Source: Polyangiales bacterium
GTDB taxonomy: Bacteria > Myxococcota_A > Polyangia > Polyangiales > Polyangiaceae
Assembly (NCBI GenBank): GCA_038231275.1
Contig: JBBRLQ010000001.1
Location: 320,001 to 384,000, forward strand
DNA: 64,000 bases
Direction: 5' to 3'
Position numbers and translations under genes: made by a program. The notes beneath the pieces were generated by a model. It was given only the letters and a program-made list of their open reading frames with translations. It was not told the DNA's origin and did no database searches. This document shows, piece by piece, positions 51,610-61,700 of the stretch; positions within the stretch are counted from its first letter, which is position 1; each line of letters begins with the position of its first letter.

Positions 51610-53688
51610 CTACTCGGCGTTGGACGAGCTCTCGCCGCTCGTGGCAGGCGCGCCCGCCTTCACCGGAACGGACGTGCCGCCCTTTGTAGTGCCGCTCGTG
51701 GCGCTCGCGGCGCTCGCGGCGCCCGCTTGTTCGTAGCGTCGCGGGCGCGGCTTGACCAGGCTGATGTCGACCTCGTCCGTCGCGTGGATCGACTTGCCGC
51801 AGAGGCCGTAGTCGAGCGACCGCACGTATTTCACCGTCGCGCGGTCGCCGTCGCCGCCCTCGTGGAGTGCCATCGTCGTCCGTAGCCAGTTCTTGTCGTC
51901 GCGCTCCTTGAAGGCGGGCTTGAAGTGCGCGCCGCGCGACTCGTCGCGGTTCTTGGCGCCTTGCGCGATGACGCGCGCGACGATCAGCATATTGTTCAAG
52001 TGCCGGACGAACTGCGCTCCTTGGTTGGCGCGCGTATGCGTGTCGGTCACGCCGATCTTCGTGGCGCGATCGCTGAGCTCGTCGATCTTGGCGATGACGC
52101 GCGTGAGCTCGACGTTGTCGCGCTCGACCGTGCAGCCCTCGAGCATCGTGCGACCGAGCTCTTCGTGAAGGACGTACGCGTTCTCGTCGCCGCTCATCTT
52201 CAGGATGGCCTCGTACTTCGCGCGCTCGCCCTTCTCGGCCTTCTCGAAGAGCGACGTCGGCAAGTCCCACGCGCTCTTGGCGACGTTCTTGCGGTACGAC
52301 GCCATCGCCGGACCGGTGACGAGCCCCGCGTAGATGCACGACAGGAGCGAGTTGGCGCCGAGCCGATTTGCGCCGTGGTACTGGTAGTCGCACTCGCCGG
52401 CGGCGTAGAGGCCCTCGAGGTTCGTCGCCTGATTGCGCGGCGAGCCCTTCACGAGCGAGCCGTCGGCCGTGCGCTCGAAGTCGACCCACAGGCCGCCCAT
52501 CGAGTAGTGCACCGCCGGAAAGACGCGCATCGGGCTCGTGTACGGATCCTCGCCGACGAACTTTTCGTAGATCTCGAGGACGCCCGCGAGCTTCTTGCGA
52601 AGGAGATCCGACGGCAGGTGGGAGACGTCGAGGTAGACCTCGTTCTCGTTCTTGCCGCTCTTCGGGTTGTAGACGCCGCGCTTTTCGTGGAAGCACTTCT
52701 TGAAGAGCTCGCGGCTCGCGATGTCGCGCGGGACGAGGTTGCCGTAGCCCGGGTATTTGTCCTCGAGGAAGTAGTCGCGGTCGCCCTCGGGCACGTCGCG
52801 GCCGGCGCGGCCTTCTTTGCCGTCGCGCGGCACCCACACGCGGCCGCCTTCGCCGCGCACGCTCTCCGAGATGAGGCGGAGCTTGTCGGCGCCGGGGATG
52901 GCGGTCGGGTGGACCTGAATGCACTCGCCGTTCGCGTAACAGGCGCCTTGTTGGTAGACGGCGCTCGCGGCGGTGCCGGTGTTGATGACGCTGTTGGTCG
53001 AGCGGCCGAAGATGATCCCGGACCCGCCCGTCGCGAGGCAGACACAGTCGCCGGGGAACGCCTTCACGAGCATCGACTTCAAGTCCTGTGCGACGATGCC
53101 GCGCACGATGCCGCCATCGTCTTTTACCACCGAGAGGAAATCCCAGAACTCGAATTTGCGGACCATGCGCTCGCCGGGGACGACGATGCCTTTGTCGTCC
53201 TCGACCTCGAGCGTCTCGTAGCGGCGGACCTGCTCATCGAGCGCGTAGAGGAGCTGCTGGCCGGTCGTCGCGCCCGCGAACGCGGTGCGATGGAAGAGCG
53301 TGCCGCCGAAGCGGCGGAAATCGAGGAGCCCCTCCGGCGTGCGATTGAAGGGGACGCCCATGCGGTCGAGCATGAAGACGATCCCGGGCGCCGCGTCGGC
53401 CATTCCCTTTACGGGCGGCTGATTCGCGAGGAAATCGCCGCCGTAGACCGTCTCTTCGAGATGGACCTGCGGCGAGTCACCCTCGCCCTTGGTGTTGACG
53501 CTCGCGTTGATGCCGCCCTGCGCGCACACCGAGTGCGAGCGCTTCACGGGGACGAGCGAGAAGAGATCCACGGGGACGCCGGCCTCGCAGAGCTTGATGA
53601 CGGTGGTGAGGCCCGCGAGGCCGCCGCCGACGACGATGACCCGCCGGACTTTGCCCGAGTCGCTGTAGGTGACGCTTTTCTGGGCCAT
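51610..53688 (-). CDS. sdhA: Succinate dehydrogenase flavoprotein subunit
   Basis: GGGLAG, RSHSVCAQGG, QVHPT, SESVRGEGG, HYSMGG, HGANRLGANSL, ESRGAH. Confidence 0.97.
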   Translation of the reverse strand: MAQKSVTYSDSGKVRRVIVVGGGLAGLTTVIKLCEAGVPVDLFSLVPVKRSHSVCAQGGINASVNTKGEGDSPQVHLEETVYGGDFLANQPPVKGMADAAPGIVFMLDRMGVPFNRTPEGLLDFRRFGGTLFHRTAFAGATTGQQLLYALDEQVRRYETLEVEDDKGIVVPGERMVRKFEFWDFLSVVKDDGGIVRGIVAQDLKSMLVKAFPGDCVCLATGGSGIIFGRSTNSVINTGTAASAVYQQGACYANGECIQVHPTAIPGADKLRLISESVRGEGGRVWVPRDGKEGRAGRDVPEGDRDYFLEDKYPGYGNLVPRDIASRELFKKCFHEKRGVYNPKSGKNENEVYLDVSHLPSDLLRKKLAGVLEIYEKFVGEDPYTSPMRVFPAVHYSMGGLWVDFERTADGSLVKGSPRNQATNLEGLYAAGECDYQYHGANRLGANSLLSCIYAGLVTGPAMASYRKNVAKSAWDLPTSLFEKAEKGERAKYEAILKMSGDENAYVLHEELGRTMLEGCTVERDNVELTRVIAKIDELSDRATKIGVTDTHTRANQGAQFVRHLNNMLIVARVIAQGAKNRDESRGAHFKPAFKERDDKNWLRTTMALHEGGDGDRATVKYVRSLDYGLCGKSIHATDEVDISLVKPRPRRYEQAGAASAASATSGTTKGGTSVPVKAGAPATSGESSSNAE

Positions 53689-53704
53689 GGCTTCGTCCCT
53701 CGGA

Positions 53705-54499
53705 TCAGTGGGAGGCAGAAGGAGCGGGCGCCGCGGACGGTGCAGGCGGCGCGGATGGTGTAGGCGCCGCGGCCGCGGGCTCTTCGACCGGGAGCGGCGG
53801 GGCGGGGCACACAGGAGACTCCGGCGACGAGACGAAGAGCGGCGAGCCGGTCGCCAGCGCGACGACGGTCGCCGACGAGAGCGTGAAGAGCGCGGTGCCC
53901 GCGAGACCGAGACCGAACGCCAGGCGACGCTTCCCCTCGACGGTCGCCGCGCGTTTGGTGCGCACGAGGTAGCCCCACGTGCCGGCGGCGAAATGGATCG
54001 TCGTCGCCGCGAGACCCACCAAGTAGAAGAGGGCGTTCCAAGGGATGAGCACCCCGGCGGCGCTGCTCGTCCCCGACGACAGGTACGACGCGAGGAACGT
54101 GTGCTTGCTCACCGCGTCGATCCCCTGCGCGTGCTGCGACAAGTCCATCACGTACGCGTGGTACGCGATGAAGACGAGCGCGGCCCACGCCGAGCCACGC
54201 ACGAGCAGGCGCCAATTGGCCGCGTACGGCGAGTCGGCGGGCGGGCGACCCGGCCGCACGAGGAGCACGACCCCGTAGAGCGCGTGGAACGTGAGCGGCA
54301 CGTAGACGAGCACGATCTCGAGCAGCGAAATGAACGAGATCGACAGGCCCCACCGCGCTACACGCGCGATCGCCTCTTGCCCCGCGAGCGCGCGCGACTG
54401 GATGAGCACGTGCACGATCACGAAGATCCCCATCGGCACGACGCCCGAGAGGGCGTGCAGCTCACGTGCGCGCGAAGGTTCGTCGGCGGCGGCGGTCAC
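53705..54499 (-). CDS. sdhC: Succinate dehydrogenase cytochrome b subunit (single five-helix anchor)
   Basis: LHALSGVVPMGIFVIVH, PLTFHALYG, further His in TM helices; upstream of sdhA. Confidence 0.85.
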   Translation of the reverse strand: MTAAADEPSRARELHALSGVVPMGIFVIVHVLIQSRALAGQEAIARVARWGLSISFISLLEIVLVYVPLTFHALYGVVLLVRPGRPPADSPYAANWRLLVRGSAWAALVFIAYHAYVMDLSQHAQGIDAVSKHTFLASYLSSGTSSAAGVLIPWNALFYLVGLAATTIHFAAGTWGYLVRTKRAATVEGKRRLAFGLGLAGTALFTLSSATVVALATGSPLFVSSPESPVCPAPPLPVEEPAAAAPTPSAPPAPSAAPAPSASH

Positions 54500-54524
54500 G
54501 GTAGGCTAAGCCTGTAGGGGATAC

Positions 54525-56420
54525 GTGAGTCGGTCGTCAAGCCGCGAGCGCGCCAAAAAGGCTTTTCTTTACGTGCTTTTTTGCGCGGGGCTGTCGTGTG
54601 CCGCCAGCGCGGCGTGTGGGGGCGGAGGCAGTGAAGCGCGGCCCGTGGCGAGCCTCGCGACGTCTCCCGCTGCAACCAAGGCGTTCGCGTCCATCCAGCG
54701 TGCGTTCGACGCCGCCGACGGATCGACGCCGGGCGCCCTTCGGCTCAAGCTCGAGGCGTTCCTCGCCGAGTTCCCGAAGGACGGCCGCGCGCAGCTCGCC
54801 CGCGCGTACTTGGCCCTCGAGCACACCGACGTCGGCGACTGGGCAGCGGCCGAGAAGGTGCTGGCGACGCTTCGGAGCGTCCCACCGGGGACCACCCGAG
54901 ACGTGGTGACGGTGGCCGAGGCGCGGATGCTCCGCCACGAAAGAGAGCCCGACGCCGCCCTCGACGTGCTTCGGCCGCTCGTCGGCAAGATCGTCGACGC
55001 GACGGTGCGAGAGCTCTTCGTGGAGGAGATCACGCGCGCAGCGCTCGAGGCGCACCGCGACTTCGAGGCGGTCGCATACATGGACGCGTGGCTGCGCGGC
55101 GTCGGCGAGGACAAGCGCGAGCGGGCGCTGGTCAAGCTGGAGGTGGAGCTCGCGAAGCTCCCCGAGGCCGTGCTCGAGCAGTCGTACCGGGCCATGCGCG
55201 CGAACCACACCGTGCTCGGCTACGGCGCCGACACGCAGCGCCTCATCGCCGAGCGCATGGCCGCGACCGCCATCGCGCGCGGCGATCCGACGCTCGCGCG
55301 GTGGCTCCTCGACGGAGACGCCGGTCCCACGTTCGTCGGCGGAGACGCGGGCGTCGCGCTCGGCGAGATCGCGACGAGCAAGCGCGGGCTGACGAGCTTC
55401 GCGGGCCGCACCGTGGGCCTGCTCCTCCCCACGGCGTCGGTCGATCTGCGCGACGAGGCCGCCGACGTGGCGCGCGGCGTCGCGTGGGCGCTCGGCCTCC
55501 CGCGCATGGATCCGACGACGAGCGACGGCGTCCACTTGGTGACGCGCGACGACGGCGGCGACGCGGCGCGCACCGAGGCGGCGCTGGAGGAGCTCGCGGG
55601 GGAAGGCGCGGGCGTCATCCTCGCGGCGCTCGACGCACGCACCGCCGATCGCGCGCTCGCGTGGGGGGAGGTGCACCAGATCGCGGTCGTCGTGCTCTCG
55701 GCACCCGAGCGCGTGCACGGTGGTGATTGGGGCTTCGTGCTCGGCCAATCGCGCGACGAGGAGCTCGCGGCGATCGCGGACGAGCTCGCCGCGCGCAACA
55801 TCGCGAGGGCGGCGGTGGTGGGCTCGGCGCCGACGCCGATCCTCGAAGGGCGAGGATTTCCGCTCTTTCTGCCGCTCGTGGGGTGCGACGTGGAGGCGCA
55901 GCAGGCCGGCGAGCCACGATTTCCGCTGGCGAGTTGGTCGAAGCAAGGCGTGCGCGTCGTCGTGGTCGCGGGTCCCGTCGAGTGCGCGCGCGACGTCATC
56001 CGCGAGCTCGGCGCGAGCCACAAGCCCGCGACCGTGGCCCTGACGCTGGACGACGGATCCACGACCGCGCGCGCGCCCGGCGTCTCGCTCCTCGCGGCCA
56101 CGGCTGGCGTGGTGCCGGTGCTCGCCGCGCGCGCCGCCGACGTCCCGCAGCCCGACGTCCGCGCCTACATGACCCAGTTCGGCGCGCGCCCGAGCTGGTG
56201 GACGGCGCTCGGACGTGACGGCGGCGCGCTGGCCCGCGCCGCGATCCTGGCGTTGCCCCTGGACACGCTCGCCGATCCCGCGGCGGTCGGGCAGAGGCGC
56301 GCGCTCGTTCAATTCCGCATGGCCACGGCGACCTCACCGCTCTGGACGACCGAGGCGACGGGCTTCGCCGGCGCGCACATGATCAAGCGCAAGGTGCGCG
56401 TCGTCGACCTCCCGCGCTAG
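54525..56420 (+). CDS. LpoA-like lipoprotein (helical/TPR-like N-terminus + periplasmic-binding-protein fold)
   Basis: Lipobox-like SAAC; TVGLLLP, LVTRDD, ALGRDG. Confidence 0.65.
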   Translation: MSRSSSRERAKKAFLYVLFCAGLSCAASAACGGGGSEARPVASLATSPAATKAFASIQRAFDAADGSTPGALRLKLEAFLAEFPKDGRAQLARAYLALEHTDVGDWAAAEKVLATLRSVPPGTTRDVVTVAEARMLRHEREPDAALDVLRPLVGKIVDATVRELFVEEITRAALEAHRDFEAVAYMDAWLRGVGEDKRERALVKLEVELAKLPEAVLEQSYRAMRANHTVLGYGADTQRLIAERMAATAIARGDPTLARWLLDGDAGPTFVGGDAGVALGEIATSKRGLTSFAGRTVGLLLPTASVDLRDEAADVARGVAWALGLPRMDPTTSDGVHLVTRDDGGDAARTEAALEELAGEGAGVILAALDARTADRALAWGEVHQIAVVVLSAPERVHGGDWGFVLGQSRDEELAAIADELAARNIARAAVVGSAPTPILEGRGFPLFLPLVGCDVEAQQAGEPRFPLASWSKQGVRVVVVAGPVECARDVIRELGASHKPATVALTLDDGSTTARAPGVSLLAATAGVVPVLAARAADVPQPDVRAYMTQFGARPSWWTALGRDGGALARAAILALPLDTLADPAAVGQRRALVQFRMATATSPLWTTEATGFAGAHMIKRKVRVVDLPR

Positions 56421-56609
56421 GAGCCTCTGCCGCGGTAGGCCGCGACGTCACGCGTGACGGATTGCGCAGGTGCCCACGTCGCGCAATCCGCCTGCCTCTT
56501 GCGCAAGCAAAATTCCCCGTAAAATGCAGGCGCCGAGGCCTCACGGCGGCGGCATGTCCGTTGCTTTATCCCGTCGCGGAGGCCAGCGGTGGGATTGCCT
56601 GCGATTGCC

Positions 56610-58156
56610 ATGAACGGAATGACGAGCGCAAAACGCAGTCGGCGCGTCGGCCACTACGAGCTGCTCGCGCCGATCGCGCGGGGCGGAATGGCGACCGTCT
56701 ACCTGGCGCAGCGTGTCGGACCCGGAGGGTTCGCGCGTGTCTTCGTTGCCAAGCGCCTCCACGCGCACCTCGCGGAGGATCCCGAGTTCGTCACGATGTT
56801 CATGGACGAGGCGCGCATCGGCTCGAGCCTCCAGAACGTCAATGTGGTCCCGGTCCTCGACGTCGCGCGCGCGGGCGAGGACGCGGTGCTCGTCCTCGAG
56901 TACGTCCACGGCGTCTCACTCGACGTGCTGCTCTCCGACGTCTCCGGGCTCATGGGCTCGTTCCCGGTGCCGATCGCGCTGGCGATCATCAACGGTGTCC
57001 TCGCGGGCCTCCAGGCCGCGCACGACGCGGTCGATCACCGCGGGGAGTCACTCCAGCTCGTTCATCGCGACGTCTCGCCGCAGAACGTGATCGTCAGCGC
57101 CGAAGGCGTGCCGCGCCTCATCGATTTCGGGATCGCGAAGGCGACGTCGAGCTCCCACGTCACGCGCGTCGGCTTCTTCAAGGGGAAGCTGGCGTACATG
57201 ACGCCGGAGCAGCTCCGCGAAGGACGCGTCACGCGCGCGGTCGACATCTACGCCGCGGGTGTCCTTCTGTGGGAGATGCTCGCGGGCCGCCGCCCGTTCG
57301 AGCACCGCGAGGGCGCACTTGGTCGAGGCGAGTCCGCGCCGGTGCCGCCGCTCGGCGAGGTCATCGCGGCCGAGCAGGGCTTCGTCTCCGCAGAACGTCG
57401 CCGCCAGCTCGAGCTCCTCGAGCCGATCGTCGCGCGCGCCGTCCACCCGTCGCCCTCCGAGCGCTTCGCGACGGCCGCCGAAATGAGCGCGGCCCTCACG
57501 GCGGTGGCCCGAAGCGTGACGACCCTCGAGCTCGGCGCTTGGGTCCGTGACGTCGGCGCCGCACACCTCGAAGAGCTCCGGACAACCCTCGCCGTCGCCC
57601 AAGGCACCGCCTTCCATCGGCGCGCCTCCTCGCCCGAGATGGAGTCCCCGCAGAGCGCGCGAACGAGCGAGATCGTACCGCGCACCACCGAATCAGACCT
57701 CGACTCCTGGTCCGCTCGGCGACGCACTCCCGCGCTCACGGCAGCGTTGGTGCTGCTCGCCGCGGCCTTCTTCACGCTCGCCGCCGTGCTCGTCGTCTCA
57801 CGATCCTCGCATGTGCAACGGGTCGACGCGACGCGCCCGTCCGCGCCACGGCTCGCCGGCACGCCGGAGACGACGCTCGCCACCTCCAGGTCCACCACAA
57901 CGAGCGCGACGCTGCCGCCCGCTGCAACCACGATCGACGTCGGCGCACACCTCGCGACCCCACCGCCCACCGGCCCCGCGCCCACCGCCGCCGCGACCCC
58001 CGACGTCCCGCGCGTTCATTGGCACCGCGCTGCCTCGCCCCAGCGCACGGACGCTCCGCCCTCCACCCCACCGCCCGCAGCAAGCCACCCTCGCCGTGCG
58101 ACACGCCCTTTTACATGGAAGGCACGCGCAAGGTCTTCAAACCCGAGTGCCTATAA
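56610..58156 (+). CDS. Membrane Ser/Thr protein kinase with apparent frameshift near 58079 (as read, the ORF runs to 58457)
   Basis: IARGGMATVY, HRDVSPQN, DFGIAK, KGKLAYMTPE, TM helix; shifted frame ends CDTPFYMEGTRKVFKPECL*. Confidence 0.88.
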
Positions 58157-58205
58157 CCCCTCTCGCCGAGAACGTGGCGTCGCAGCGCGCGCGGCCATCT
58201 TCCGC

Positions 58206-58721
58206 TCAGGCCAAGGTAAGGAGACCACGCTCGACGAGCTCCTGCGTGGTCATCGGCTCATAGCGCTCACCCGGCGTCCAGCCCGGTGGCTCGCTTTCCG
58301 TGTACCCACAAAAGTCACACATGCGGATGGTCGCGCCGTTCTGTGCACTCTTCAGCAATCGCAAGTCGTCCGTCGAGCACCGTGGACACCGTCTCTGTGT
58401 CTGCAAGACGATGGTTTGCCACAACACGTCTCGAATTCGCATCGCGAGCGCATCTAGCGAGGAAGGCTTCACGTCACGAAATCTTCGGAGCGTGACCAAA
58501 GGGTCCACGTCTGCCTTCGCTACTGGAAATTGCGAGACGTCCAGCGCGGACAGCTGCCTCAGGCCATACACTTCCGCCGCCACTCCGAGCGAATCGAGAT
58601 GGCTGTGGGTCCAACGCGCAAGGGTCGCCACGAGGGCTTCCAAGTCGCCCTCCGGAACCTGCGCGAGAACCCCGACCAGACGGGTGTGCAATGACCTCGC
58701 AGCCATGCTTTCTTTTGCCAT
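58206..58721 (-). CDS. Candidate immunity protein with C-terminal Zn ribbon
   Basis: Starts 4 nt after the Rhs stop; visibly more AT-rich; CPRC..CDFC. Confidence 0.65.
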   Translation of the reverse strand: MAKESMAARSLHTRLVGVLAQVPEGDLEALVATLARWTHSHLDSLGVAAEVYGLRQLSALDVSQFPVAKADVDPLVTLRRFRDVKPSSLDALAMRIRDVLWQTIVLQTQRRCPRCSTDDLRLLKSAQNGATIRMCDFCGYTESEPPGWTPGERYEPMTTQELVERGLLTLA

Positions 58722-58725
58722 TCAG

Positions 58726-61700
58726 TCACACGGGAAATGCGGTTATCAAATTTCCATGGCTATCGGTGATTACTGTGATCACCGATGTGGCACCACCGCC
58801 ATTATTCAACGACGATTGACCGATGATGTTGCCGGCTCCGAGGTCGACCGTGCGCTGGAAGGCTACATCCTGCCCCATGGCGATCGGCTGAACTGGCGCG
58901 CTCACGACGGCATTGCTCTGCAGAACCGCGCGAATGTCCGCCTCCGGGACGGTGAAGACCGAGCGGTTATTCGCCGCCGGCCGGTCGAAGTGCCCCTCCC
59001 GGACGTGCTCCCATCCCGCCGAGACCGGTTGTCCGTTGTCGCGGCGGGGCGTAAATCTCGTCCGCCCGTTCGCGAGGTTGATACGACTCTGTGCGCATGA
59101 GAGACCGAGCGGGTCGACACGGTGCGTCGGTGAACCATCGAAGCCGCTTAGATTCAGTCCACCGTCGAGGCCCAAGGGATCCGGACTCACCCAACGTCCC
59201 CTCAGCGCGTCGAAGTACCGGAACCGCGTGTACGCTAGCCCTGTCTCGTCATCGAAGTACTGCCCCAACAGCCGAAACGGCGACTCCACCGCCTTCGCGC
59301 CTGGCTCCCGCCACGTCGCGGTGACCGTCCCCCACGCCGCCTGCGCCGCACTCCACGCCATGCGCCCGCTCGCGTCGACGAGCTCCTTCGGTGTTCCGAG
59401 GTGGTCGACGACGTACGTGAACACCTCGCCCTGCTCCTCCTGAAGAATTGGCGCGAACGAACCGCGCGCCCCGTGTACGAACACGCGTTTCCCCCGCTCG
59501 CTGTCGATCTCCTGCGCCAGCACGTCCCCGTCCCACAGGAACGACACGGTCCGCACCCGCTCCGGCTCGATCTTCAGCGCCTCGTCGCTGGCCGGAACGA
59601 GGTCCTTCCGCACGCGACGCCCGAACGCATCGTACGTGTATAGTGCACGCGTTCCGTCGGGCAGCTCGACTTCCCTCAGTCGATCGCGGCAGTCCCACCA
59701 ATAGGTGGTGACCTTGCCGTCCGCGCTCGTCTCGCTCACCCGCCGCCGTCGCGCGTCGTACTCGAGCGATCCCTCCTCCGTCTGGAGGAGGACGTTTCCC
59801 TCCGCGAGAGTCCAAGGCGACGCGCGCGACGTCAACCCCTCCACCACCGCGCTCAGCGAGCCCGCGCCGTCGTAGTAGAAGACCTCGTGTCGCTTGCCCC
59901 GCTGCGCTTCGATGAGCTGGCCTACCTCGTCGTACGCGTAACGCGTCTTGCCCCAGCGCGAGTCGTCGATACCCGTCACGCGGCCGTTCGCGTCGTAGGA
60001 CCACTTGCGCTCGGTCAGCACCCGCTGCGCTTCTTCGCCCGTGCGTGACGCGCTCTTCGCGATCCTCGACTCCAGGCGGTCGAGCGCGTCGTACGTCGAC
60101 ACGATGTCGACCAGCGCCTTCGCCGACTGCCGCCGAGTCTCTCGCCCTAACGCGTCGCGCGTGATCGCCACTTTGTGGCCATCGTGGTCGACGCCCAGCA
60201 AGCTGCCCGCCCGGTCGTAGGAGTACTTCGTCGTCTCGCCAGCCGGCAACTCCCGCGACGCCCTCCGGCCCCGCGCGTCGAGCGTCGCCTTCACCGCAAG
60301 GCCGTTCTGGACCTCGGCGATGACCCGGCCGAGCGGGTCGCGTTCGAGCTTCACGGTCGTCTTGCCGCTGTGCTCGATGACCGACGCCTCGAGCAGGCGG
60401 CCCTGCTTGTCGCGCGTGTACTTCTGCGGGCCATGCGAGCTCGTCTCTTCGACGATGTTCCCCAGTGGATCGTAGGCGAACTCGCGGAACGTCTCGTCCG
60501 GGTAGTCGACGCGGCGGAGGTTTCCGGATTTGTCGTAGCCGAACGTCAGGGTACGGCCGTCGAAGGTGCGCTCTTCGATGACGCGGCTGCCGCGGTCGTA
60601 CGCGAACTCGTACACCTCCTTCTTCGGGTTCGTGATGGTCCGCAGGCGCTCGGTCCCGTCGTACCCGAACGTCCACGTCAGGCCGTTCGGCAGAACCTGG
60701 CGCACGAGCACGCCCGTGCCTGCGTACTCCATGCGCGTGACGCGACCCATCGCGTCGACCTGGCGCGCGACGTTGCCCAGCGCGTCGTAACCGAGTTGCA
60801 CGCGCGTGCCGTCGGGCCTCGTGATCACGAGCGGCCGACCCATCTCATCGTACTCGACCCGCGTCACGCGGTTGAGCGCGTCCGTTTGCGTCAACGGACG
60901 GCCAAGAGGGTCGTACGTGTACGCCATCGAAGCGCCCCTCGCGTCGGTCTCCTTCACGAGGTTCTGCTTCTCGTCGAACGCGTACGACGCCAGCATCCCG
61001 TCGCCTCCGTACACGTACGTCAGGTGGCCAGCGCCGTCGTAGCCGATTTGGAACGACTCGCCTGTGGGCGCATGCACCTCCAGCGGCGCCCCCTGCGCGT
61101 TGTACGTCCAGGTCGTGACGTGCCCCTCGGGCGAGATCCGCCGCACGAGCAGGTCGCCGCGGTAGACCGAGATCGTCTCGTTTCCCGCCGGGTCGATCGC
61201 CTTCACGCGGTTGCCGCGCTCGTCGTACCCGTACTCCCAAGCCTCGCCGGCGGCGTTCTTCTCCGTGAGAATCAGCTTGTCGGCGTCGTAGGTGTACTCG
61301 GTCGCGAGATCACCATCTGGCGTCGACTCCTTGAGCAGAGCGCCGTTCGCCCATGTGTAGACGCGCACGTGTTCGCCGGCCGCCACCGTCACACCGGCCT
61401 TCAGGTCGTACGTGAGCTCCACGTCGTGGAGCCCACCGTCGCCCCACGTGTGTACGCATCGCCCCGTCTCGTCGTCGTAGGAGTAGTAGAAGGAGACGCC
61501 GTTCTTCAGCGTCGTCTTGACCATGCGGTGGAGCGCGTCGTAGGCAAAGTGCTCTGCGTGCCCGAGGGCGTCGGTGGCGCGCGTCAGCTCGCCGCGCGGC
61601 GTGTACGCATAGACGACCGCCTGATGCTCGCCCCCCTCGGCCCAGGCGCCCACGCGCAGAATGTTTCCACGCGCATCGTGGGTGAGACGAAGCTCGCGCC

